DNA from: Nymphaea colorata
Taxonomy: Eukaryota
Assembly: GCF_008831285.2 (NCBI RefSeq)
Contig: NC_045138.2
Coordinates: forward strand, 3,410,001-3,474,000
DNA length: 64,000 nucleotides
Reading direction: 5' to 3'
Shown: in pieces, positions 37,243 to 48,800 of the stretch
Layout of the letters: each line of letters opens with the position of its first letter
Position numbering within the stretch: position 1 is the stretch's first letter
Program-made: the position numbers and the translations under genes
Notes under the pieces: model-generated
Databases searched by the model: none
What the model was told of the DNA's origin: nothing
The model's input: only the letters and a program-made list of their open reading frames with translations

Positions 37243-38336
37243 AACCGAATTTGAGCCCCTGCATCCAGTCGGATGACGCTAAAACCATGCCCGGACACCT
37301 GATTTGACCATCAAAATCAGCTTTCTCTAACTAAGTTTGATAATGAGACAAGGCCTATCACATGGATATAGAGCGTGTGTTGGACCACTGATACCGCTGC
37401 AAAACCACAAAAAAGAAAGCAGACCAGAACCATCCATCGGATTATGTTTTTTCTGACCTTTTTTCTGAATATCAATCCGTAATGCATAACGTAATTGATG
37501 TTTAGAGGAAAGCATGTTCTCATATTAATGTATGAGACTTTTTTAATTCGAGTTTTGGAGGTCCAAAATGTAATGCGAGCATGTTTCATTACCGTGAAAG
37601 TATACTCTCAGGTCGAAGGTGCGGGATCTATGGTCCAAATGTTCAGATGATTGACTGGGTATCGGCAGTAGGCCATCGCTAAGAACAAAAAAACACTAGC
37701 GGTGAAGGAAACCAGTTCATCTGCAATTTATCAGAAGGTGGCTTGATAATGTGATCAAAGCTCAAACCTTGATTATTTCAACCATTCTCTGTTTAGTCAT
37801 CCATTTTCCATTTATGCAGACCTCGGGTGTCGATCGTCTATATGCATTTCCATGATGGAGCCTGCGATAACTTGGATAAAGTTTAGGACTAGCCTGGGGT
37901 TAGGAACAAATTTAGAGTCAAGGCAGTCATTCAATTATTCTTCACAGGAGCTCTACGACTCGATTCACTAGAGCTAGCTAGATCATTCATACCACACTCA
38001 ACTTTTAACCAGATCTTGCATGAATGCGTACCCAACATTGTACCCGCAATGAACAAGAAACACTCGGAAAGATTAACACCCATGTCACTTCCACGCCAGC
38101 ATTACAGAGGCAAGGAGAGAACCAAGCAGAGGCCCGTGAGAAGACGGGCCTCTACCTGTCCAAAATATACAAGTTTTCAGAATGTGCAGGCTCCAAATAG
38201 ACCACCAAAGTTCAAGGATTCGACCCTACGAAGCCACTGTTAAAAACAAGAAGCACGTTTCAGATCCCTATTAGTAAAACTTTTCTTACCTCAGGTGTTG
38301 ATCATAGAAGAAATTTACAGATATGTGGATATTCCT

Positions 38337-41300
38337 TTACATGGCATCCTCATGGTAAAGATGAAGCCCAAGCCCTAATCGTGCACAAGCTCTGCGAAAT
38401 GCCATGGCTTCAGCCTTCTGTACTGGATCGCCATAGCTTGTATCATCAACAGACGCTGTTCCAGTCGATTCTCTGAAAATCTACATCAACATATGAAACA
38501 TGTCATAAAATAATTTGTAATTATGGAGACATCAATGGGGCCAAGAATTGAACCAAGAAGCATGTGACTTGAATTTAGTTCAGCTCAAGTCAACTCGGTT
38601 CAACAAATTAATCAGGAACATAAGCCATCTCACTAGGACAAGTAAGCTGACCAGGAATGGGCTGAGTTACAGTCTATCAAATGCCCTAAGCTTGCCTCAC
38701 GAGTCACTACGAACATGATCTGAACTTGAGCTATTTAAATAAATTCATGAACTAAGCATGGAAGCCTTGTTCAGTTCATTTGGCTCGTTCCTAGCCCTAT
38801 ATAAAGAAGGAGACTGGTAAGCATAAAAAGAAGATAGGCATTAAATTGATTTACGTTCTAGAAACATGGATGAAGGTCCATCTAGATGCACCTTTAACTT
38901 TTCAGCATACAGGCCTGATGGATATGGAACCCAGTGCGCACAATGAAAAGTGAAAAAATCAAGGGCTCCTCAGCATACCTCTGAATCAACTCCATAAAGG
39001 GTCACACGGTAAACAACAGAGACGGACTTGCCATCAGGAGAATAGGTGATGCTCCTTACTTCACCAGACCATTCTACATTGTGAATTAGAAAGTATTAGA
39101 TGGATTCACAACTCTAACAAAACAAATAATCCATCCTGCATGCTGCATTTTATTTCTTAATCAATTGTTTTGTAAAGCCTCTTCAGCATGCTCTGGTAAA
39201 AAATCAAAACAAATGGTTTTCCAAGGTTCACTGTGGCACTATTTACACAAATAACATAATGGAATAAACAAAGAGAGAACCGTGGTAGGACAAACCTGGT
39301 GCATGTACATTCATTATCCGGTTCACAATATGCCTGCATGAATTAAGAACACCAAAAGAATGCTTTAATCACAATCATAAAGCAGCGTAGAATGCAAATG
39401 TGGCCATTCTAAAGTCAGAAGCAGAAACATTTAAATTTCAATAAGACAGGAGGGGTATATCACTATGTTCAATCTTGGATTTAAAAGATGTGTTGAATCC
39501 TAAGTCACATGGGTGGGGGGTATGGGTGCAGGTGCAGAAGTACAAGTTTCGAAACAGTAATTTTAAAAAATGTTGGTAAAGGGGCACGGTAAACTATATT
39601 AATATAGAACTATTCATGCATGACCCACAAAATTGAAGTGAAACAATTCTTAAAATTGATACACAATGCATCAAATATCATAGTTCATAGTTTCAGGAGT
39701 TCATAAATACAATCCCATTAAATTAAATATTAAAAGCAATTACAAGATATAGTGAAGGGTGGAGCCTTTTCAGTTAAAATTTTGGATCGAATTGGAAAAA
39801 GGTACCCAGATGTTCTGGCACACCCATACCCTAAAACTATTGTGTGTACTAATATGGATACACCAGCCATTCTATAACAAACTGCAGAAGAATAAAGGGA
39901 CTACTTAGTTCATGAACTGTAGATCTTATGTTTCTGAGCACTACAAGAAACAGGGACAACCTTATGCTAAGCAATACAGATAGCTGAAAATAGTTCATGA
40001 CAGCATAAGCAAAATTGTGATATCTACAATAAGTTTCATATAACAAGAGCACAAAATCCACAATATGGCAGCAATAAACGGTAAATTCATTATGTTACCT
40101 TGAAGTCTATCAGTGGCTTAAAATTTCGGAAACCAAAACTATCATAAAAAAAGACACTTCCATCTTTCTTTAGCATAGAAGTATCCAAAGTAAATGAAGA
40201 GTTGATTATACAAGTTTTAGCTTTCAAACATTAAATGACACCACTACTCTTTATGGTAGAATAGTTGTGCTCACATTTATAAACTGGACAGTATGCGCAA
40301 GTTCTAACATCACCTCGTGCCCCTAAGCATCAATAAAAATTTGTCCTAGTATTACAATCTGATTATTCATTACTTACTGTTTTAGGAATCAAGCTCTAGA
40401 ACATTCTCCTTCAAATGCAAATGTAAATCTTGTGGATTTCATTGCAGTATGTGCCATTAATGCCTCTTAAATTGCTTTTCACATGTCATAGTGATGTGAT
40501 CTGAAAATTATATTTCTACAAATTATACATATAAGTCCCTAAAGTATAAGCACCATGGAATATGAAAACCACCATGCGTCAAAGATAATCAAGGCAACAG
40601 TCCAAAAAAGATTGACCGCAGCCCAAGGCTGAAACAAGTTTACTTTTAACAACATGAACTTTTTAGTTCTCATATTTCATTCTCCTGATTCCAGGAATTA
40701 TTTATCATAATTTCAATAAAACAACTCACTACAATCATGGGAAGCATTTTCTGGCTCTTATATCAAACTTTCTGCAAAAAGTAACTGCAGAACCTACGTC
40801 ACTGATTTTGTAATAACACTTAGCTTGCTCGATATGAACTGATGATGCATGCGTAGTTCTTTACAAATACTCAAAAGTCAATCTCCTTGGAAATCCATGA
40901 AATTTTTAGCCTCAAAATCATATTTTTATCAAGAAAATAACATTATCTCAAAGTGTTATGAGAAGTCAAGCTCACAAGTGACTCTTATGTCTTTAAGAAA
41001 CATCTTTCGATGCGGCAGCACATTAATTTTTGCCGCATTAATTTTCCAATTGCACTTTGCATATGTATTTATTGAGGGGATGACACGCTAAAGACTCTAT
41101 GCAGGATCATCAACTTCACGCCTTTCACATGTCACACTCCCCAATTACAACGTACCTTGTCTTCACATAGTTAAAATGCACACTAATGCTTTCGTGTGGA
41201 AGCGAATCCCACGAAATCTGCTTAGATTTTTCGGTTTGGTGGAACCGATTCAATAAAATCTGTTCTCTAGTGGAATCTATAAATAAAAAATTAGTGACCG

Positions 41301-42013
41301 AAAATTAAGAAAAGGTGAGCATCTTTCATGGTATCAGCATTGGAGTCTTCCTTCATAGGAAGTCAGTTTGTGTTTGGGTGTAGGTCATGAGACTGGGTAC
41401 AGTTGAATTGCATTTCTCCACTATTTCCAAACAGCAACCTTTCGAATAACTGTCGTCAATCTCTTAGCTCTAACCAGTTTCCCTCTTCAACCATCCTAAA
41501 GTTACATTACTTCTATGCAAGTGATCATGGGCATGTGCAAGCCAGCTCCATCACCGAACTAAAACCAGAATATCATGACCCATGAGAGAGCGGATGTGGA
41601 AAATCAATGAAAAAAAAGAACAATGGTTTCAACAGAGCATAATACAAAACCACTTTCATCTGAATAGCGCCAAAACCCGCGTTATTGCTTAAGAAAACTT
41701 GACAGCGACAGCAAAGATGGACGACAATGTACCAGGGGATGTATTTGATGGACGTTCCTTCCTCAACTCGCGTTTTCACTAGAGAATCCGGCACCCTCTT
41801 GTTGAGCTCCTTCAGGATGTCCGAGAGGGGTCGGCTGATTCCAGACGTGGGGATTTCTTCTCCTTCCGTGCTAGTAGCTCCATAAGGAGGGGCCGAGAAA
41901 GATTGCGAAGAATAATAAGAAGGACGGATCAGAGCGGACCGACGAAGAAATGATCGAATGCAGGGGTCCGCAGAACAACTGCTTCGGAATAAACATCGGA
42001 GGGAAGACGACAT
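38337..42013 (-). CDS. RAD52-1: DNA repair RAD52-like protein 1 (organellar DNA-binding ODB1), mitochondrial-type presequence; 4 exons, 185 aa
   Basis: Exons 42013-41733, 39333-39296, 39073-38979, 38480-38337 (558 nt, all GT-AG, in frame). S/R-rich presequence followed by GISRPLSDILKELNKRVPDSLVK..YIPWHIVNRIMNVHAPEWSGEVRSITYS.DGKSVSVVYRVTLYG.D.EIFRESTGTASVDD..YGDPVQKAEAMAFRRACARLGLGLHLYHED. Confidence 0.95.
38575..38799. mobile_element. degenerate CTCGAG-family MITE fragment in RAD52-1 intron 3
   Basis: CAGCTCAAGTCAACTCGG...GAACTTGAGC...TTGGCTCGTTCCTAGCCCTA terminus complementary to TAGGGCT. Confidence 0.4.
39500..39852. mobile_element. degenerate MITE related to 2447-2818 in RAD52-1 intron 1
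   Basis: CTAAGTCACATGGGT..GTATGGGTGCAGGT start and ...GTACCC...CACCCATACCC end motifs. Confidence 0.4.
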
Positions 42014-42883
42014 CTTCGGCTGCCGCTGCTACTTCTTCTTTGCCACCGGTTGGAGGGAAACCCCACGTTTCAAAGTGGGGGGCACCCTGAAGCTCCTCCG
42101 CCTTTCTAGGGTTCTCTTCTGTGTCCCGCCAAGCGAAACGACACTTCTTCCCCTTGCGGGGATATTGGGTCCGACGTCCGAACCAATGGGTGCGACCAAC
42201 TTTACCACTTGTTGGCCTCAAAATGTCTGTTTCTATATTATTATTTTCAGGTTTTCAATTATTTATATAAATCGACGATCTTTATTATTTTCATGTACGG
42301 GATTATTTATATAAATCGACGATCACCTCTTTCTCTCTCTCCTTCTTTCTTTTAAAGGGTATCAATATTTCGCTTTTATAGTCATCATTAATAAACATTG
42401 ATTCGTTTAATTTGATTGCAAACATTTAAATTGATATTCTTTACATAATTATTATGTTGATATCATTTATAATTGATCGTGTTAAACTCATTCGTGGAAT
42501 ATTGGTTCGATTGATTTTAATACGATAAAAATACTGTTTAGAGTTTAAAAGAATTGTATTATACTGAAACATGACATCGACCATAAGATTTGAACTTTAG
42601 TCCTTTGTATATTAACTATCTTGTATCGCCACTTGATTCCGCTATTTTTCTTCAGCATAATTTAAATACGTATGAGTTATTATCCGTATAATTGTACATA
42701 AGCATGTACACGCACGGTCGGTGGCCAAGGCCAAAATCGAAAGGCGCGCCATTCCCAAGCAACGCCAAGCTTGGGTAGAGGGAGAGAGAGGGGGTCAGGG
42801 AGGACGGGGTGATTATTTCTGGTTTGAACTTTGAAGGAGGGCGAGGGAGGAAGATCAAGAAGGGGAAGTCCCGGGTATCAAGA
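42014..42883. promoter_or_regulatory. shared divergent (bidirectional) promoter region of RAD52-1 and MAD1
   Basis: Start codons at 42013 (minus) and 42884 (plus) face away from each other, 870 bp apart; GC-rich ends, AT-rich core, duplicated palindromic TATA-like element. Confidence 0.75.
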
Positions 42884-45800
42884 ATGATCGTGAGGACTCC
42901 TCCGGCTAAGAGGAAGGCTGAAGCCTACACCGTCGTCACTCCGGGCAGTGCTCCGACAAGTCAGCAGCTCGTCGTCTACCAAGATCCTTTGCCCGATGTC
43001 CATGACGGTCAGCCTGAACCCATGCTCTGCACATATCAATGTCGCCAGATGGTATCGATTCGCCTTCCAATCCCCCCATTTTTGAAATCATTTGTAGGCC
43101 ATCAAAGCGAGCCCGCAAGGCTTGTTACGCGGTTATTTTCTTTCGTCCGTTTATTTCATAATTTTCATACGCATCAGCTGCAAAGCTCCACAGAGTCCTG
43201 GTGTTGATAATAATTGGGGTTATGACGTGCTTGTTGCATCCGTTTCTTCAGTATTTGGGACCTGTTTCGTGTCCCACAATGGAAGAACTTGTTGGATTTC
43301 TGGAAAGTTCGGGGCATAGCGCGTTTAGTTGGATACTTGGATATTGATAGTTTGTTACATGCCAATAAGAAAGAATTTCTTCTGCAAAGGTCATTCCGTA
43401 GCGGAAGATGAAACCGAATGTCTTCTTGATCATTCACACTGGTTACATGCAACCCCATCCATCTTTCTGTCGCCGGTCTTTTCAAGCACTACGAAGCGAG
43501 TGAACCCGAAAACCGGCAGCTACATGCATTCTTGTTTTACTATGTTCGTGCTCCTAGTTGATTTGTCCAATTCATAGGATTATTCTCTGTTGGATGTTTC
43601 TTTGCTGGTTTAACAGTTCTCATGGTGCTTTTTCCTGGGGTTTCGATGTGTAATCATTTAAACGAGCACCTTCCCTATTTTCTGTTGGTCCCTTCATTAG
43701 ATTACAAAGCATGGCGCTTTAGGTTATTACGTATTATGTCCATTTAAACCAGCACTTTCCCTATTTTCTGTCGGCGTCCCTTCATAAGATTACAAAGCAT
43801 GTCCTTTTAGTTATTACGTATTATGTCCTTTTTTGGCTCAGAGTTGTTGAACACACGCTCATCAATCCGCAGTACGCTATTTGTTCCGATCGTTATTCCA
43901 AATGAAGCTGTATGGTGTATTCAGTTCACTAAATAAATAAACGAGGTACCAATGGAGCGATGTTGCTGATATGTATATTGAGTATTACATGCTTTCTGGC
44001 ATTGTTACGAAAGACATTCTTACACATTTGAGGATAAAGGATGTAACATTTAGGGATGATCTCGTTCCCCAAACTCGGGTCTTTGGTAGTTCCTCGTGTA
44101 GGATCCCATTTCTACTTTCCAGAATGAAGAATTTGAGGTTTTATGGCCATTGTGTTCTTCAGGTATTGAAGGAGTAAGTCATACATACTAAAGATTATTC
44201 ATTTGAAATTTAACTATATGGAGGCTTGGAGTAATTAAGTGGTTATTTTTTATTTATTTACAATGAAAATATGGGTGTTGTTTATAGCATGTACTTGTTA
44301 CTTTGTTTTAAAAATTAATGTTTTCATGGGATTTTTTTTCAGTGATATTATCAATTTTTTGCCTGTTTTGTTTGTTTTTTTTTTTAACTTATTGTCTTTT
44401 TTACCGTTACATAAATAAAATTACAATCTTTTACACATTACACCAAGTACCTAACTTTGAATTCAACCTTTACAAGTTGTGCTTCACATTTTACGACATT
44501 GGGTGCACATACAACAAGGTCAAAATTTCAAATAACACAATGCCATCAAGAGCAGCGAATATGAATTAAGTTGCTTTTAAGTGCACCTGGTCGTACCAAA
44601 AATGTGAACATATTGTCTTGTTTCATTTAACTTCACCATACATGCTTTGTCTATTGCTAGTTGCTACTTTTATTTGAAAAACCGGTAGACCAATTTTACT
44701 TTGAAAACTGGTCCATCCATTGCGTATCTCCACCTATACTTGCACTATGTGTGCATATATATATATGTGTGTTCATTTGAAAGTTTGGGTATTTGTGGTA
44801 CATGTTGGAGGATATTTGTAATTCTGCTTTTTGATTTACATATGAACCTTTTTCTCATATTATTTGTTTGTAGGTGAAGTCTGAGTTCATTGATGCATTG
44901 AACACCGCAGAAAAGAAAGTGAATGATTTGCAATCTAGTTTGGAGTTACTGAATCAACAGCTTTGTGGAAAAGGTTAGTCTTTTCATGCAACAACTTTTA
45001 GAAACTTTGACATCGGCACTGTCAATGGTTTAGTTTTTTGAAGTATCTTCCCCTTAGTTTTATATGGATTGATGGTAAACAAAAGTGGAAGGCATGGAAG
45101 ACAAGAGGAGAAAGAGGAACCCCTTCTGCTTCTTGAAATCTATTTGTTGACAAGCAAAATCATTTTTCAAATCGTGAAGGAAAAATCTCTTCTCCACAAT
45201 GTTAGAGGCATTTGAATGCAAAAGAAGGAAAAGTAAGTTTATTCAACATCATAATGCAAGAGTTAGCTAAAGCCTACTGAATGCAGTAAATAAATATGTA
45301 TAAGCTACTTTCTTTTTGTTAATAAGCATGGCAATCTCAATGCAAATATATTTGTTGTATTATTTAAAATTGGCAAACAGAAGATAATTGTAGAAAACAG
45401 GTAAGATTGGCCAGCTTTTACCTATTCAATCCAATGCAAGTGTGGTAGTCCGTTTACCTACAGAAAATAGGCTTGAAAATCTTCAAAATCAGTAGAAAAC
45501 ATATTTTTTTTAAAACTTTTTTTTGGATCACATAATTTTACCTTTTTTTTTGTTTTATTTTCTTCATTTTTGCTAATTACCTGATTTATTGAATTGAAAA
45601 CAGAATGGGAGAATATTATAAGTGGAATCATATCATGAAAATTTTGACACTTAAAACTCACTAAACTGAAAAAATGTTAGTACAGCATTGGAGATGACAA
45701 AATTATTTTCTATTCTGTCCCCACCTCCTCTTCAGAGAGAGATGATTTCTAACTTTTGAAGGTTAGGAGACTAAAACAAATTTGCAAAATGGTTGGATCA

Positions 45801-48800
45801 AGAAATGGCAATAGAATAATCAAACAAAACATTAGATTAGAATGTTACAATGTCAGAAGGATAAAACAGGTCACATACAACGCCACCCATTGCTGGAGTT
45901 TTTCATATTATGTTTTGATAGTGTCTCCAAAACCACAGAAAGGTTTGGCCTTTGGATAGTCACAGAAAATGCATTTATTTAAAAAAAACGCGATAAATTA
46001 AGTGACCGTTTAAAACTAAAAAAAACATGTTTTTTTTGAAAAAACGTTAAAAAGCGAGAAAACACATTTTTAATGCGTTTTTTTCACTTTTTTCAGTTTT
46101 TAAATGCCAAACAGTTTTTTTTTTTTCATTTGCTATTTTTTGTTTGTTGCAAATCTACTTATCTTTTGATGTTTGTGTTATTAATTTCTCACATATTTTA
46201 TTTTTCCCCCATTTTTAGTTTTTTAAATTTTTTAAAAAATTACCGTATTTTTTCCGTTTTTTTTAAGTTCGCCGTATTATACCTGAGACCGTATTATACC
46301 CGAGACGTTATTTGTGACTATGGTATTTATGAATAAAGCACAAAAATTTGTAGTGTCCTTAACTCTCCAATTAAATTCCTATGGTTCCACAAAGTTGAGA
46401 TACACTGTGTATGTAAGAAGAAGAAACAAGAAGTAACTAATAATATAGTTTCTTGTTTTAAAAGAACTTCGTAGCATTTTTTTGCTTTTTACTATAGCCA
46501 ATACAGGAAACATTTTTAAACATCTTTGTTTTAACTTCACACTCAGGTCAGCAAAAATCTCTCCTAATTATTGTGAAAAGTAAAACACAAAAACCTGTTA
46601 CATGGACTAGGACAATCTTCTGTTGAAAATACCTTGTAGCATTGGCAACGGGAATACTCCCATATGTCATGCAACTAAATAATAGTGCGAAGAGATGTGT
46701 TGTTCTGGAGATGCATGTGCTAAACTGAACGTATGGAATGCAAAACAAGGATAAATTAGGATTACCATGTTTAATAGGCACTTGAGAGAATTGCTGATAA
46801 AAAGACTTTTGAGGGGCGTCACTTAAAGTGGATGGACATTTTAGATAGCTCTTTGTCATATTACCAGCAAGAAATGTTGGTGTTGTACACGTAAATTGGG
46901 CTAGTAGAAAGGGGAATACCATGAGGATGCCACAGGGTATGGTGGTGAGAAGCAATAAAACTTTTTAAGGTAATTCAAAATGTTGGAGAACAGGACCCTG
47001 AGGTCCGATCTTGTCAGTTGGAGAATGTTTGAGCATGCTGATGCGCAACGAAGTTTCTCATGTGAACCCTTCTGTCCATGTTGCATGAGATTGATTTAGC
47101 ATTTCATGATTGTAATTCTTAATTTCGTTTTGTACTTTTAGGATGGTAATGATGGAATGCTATTTTGGTTTCAGAAGCAGAAAGCAATAAATTCCAGAGC
47201 CAGTTGCGTTTTGCGGAACAAGAACTTTCTGCTGCAAAAGGTCATGAGCAGGCCTTGCAAGAGCAGCTGACAAAGGAGGTTAATGAGTCCCTTGAGCGCT
47301 ATCAAAGTCAGCTGAAGCAAATTTCTGAGCTTGAGGTTTTTCATACTTTTCAATAGATACTTCTGTTGTTGATGCACATAGATTTGGATGCTTCTTTCTT
47401 ATTTGATTACCTTTCTCTCCTATTTGTAAGATTGAATTCATTTGAGTTCTGAGAAGCATTTCTAATCTTCTGTTTGAAGAATTTACTGTTAGTGCTTGTG
47501 TTCTCAATCTGGTAAACCAATGGGCAATCTCACATTCTGCTAGCAAAGAGATTATGACCATATGCCTTACATTTGATTATGGGTCAACCATATGTGCTTG
47601 AATGAGCAGATGATCATGGTCAATGATATTGAATGAGCAGATGATCATGGTCAAGGTTAACATCTCTGTTCCCCATTTCTATTCCAAAATTATACGTGAG
47701 TCATAAGCTTCACATTGGCACCATAAGGAAAAAAACTGAAAAGAAAGATGAATGGAAATTCTCATCATGAAACTATACCAATGGGACTGTTGTACATCTC
47801 ATTTTTTTTTCCACTGCATGAAAACCTTTGAGTAGTACTTGTCATGGCATCCTGCATTGAGTTTCTTCTTCCCACTTGAGTTTCTATTAGAAGCACAAGC
47901 TTCCAGTTTGCAGTAGAGTCCATAATAACCTCCATGGTTGATACTTGTCTCTGACTGATTTAACTGAATAGATATGGTAGCTTAAAGGTTGTTAATGTTC
48001 TCATACGATCCAGGTAAAGCTCCAAAAAGAAATTAAACAACGAAAAGATGCTGAATCATCTGCATCTGCAGCCCAAGAGAGGTCTCTTGCACTTGAAGAA
48101 AAACTTCAAAATGTTACTGACACTGCTGAAAGGGAGAAAAGGCACCTTCGTAAAGAACTCTCCCTTCTCCAGAGTGACTCCAAATTTTCCATTTCCAGAG
48201 TCTGCACTGATGTAAGTGCTAAAAGGTATTTTCTGTTATTGTTGTTTTAGATTTTGTTTATGAACTTGATCTTTTCAGTTTTTCAGCTTGAGTTGATGGA
48301 GTTCAGAGCTAGCAGTGCTGAAAAAGAATCAGAGCTTCTGAAGAAGCAGCTGGAGGATCTGCAACTGCAGCTTGCTGAGGTTGTTATTGGTGCCTTGATT
48401 GGACAGGGGAATATGTTTATGGGCTTCCTTTTAATTTGTTTTATTTTTTGCATTTATTTTCAGTTCCATTTTTCATCTAAGTTATGCAACAAAGAATAAG
48501 AATTTCACAAAATCTGAAATCTTAGTGAATTTGTCTATTGCTTAGTCATGAAGCATCATGTCATAGATGTCACAAAAATCAGAAGTAATGGCAGTTTAGG
48601 CCAAAGTCAATTTCTTTGTCAACAAATTTATGATATGTCTATAATACTAATGGTTAATGTAATTGCACATTTATTGCAGAACTTTAAGGTTTCCCTTAAT
48701 GTTTACTTAAATGGCAAGTTTCTAGATAATTTTTGTTGAAAATAGCAATAACTTTTGATATATCTCACTTGCCTTCCTGTGAGGATAAGAGATTATGATA

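Noticed and set aside
42095..42120. Telomere-like TAGGGTT in the RAD52-1 leader, recalling the Arabidopsis 'TER1' once mapped over RAD52-1
   Set aside because: Only a partial telo-box, common in plant 5' regions; TER1 was later shown not to be the telomerase RNA; no USE/TATA Pol III promoter seen
46548..47090. 135-aa ORF in MAD1 intron 2
   Set aside because: No recognisable domain; probably decayed TE sequence
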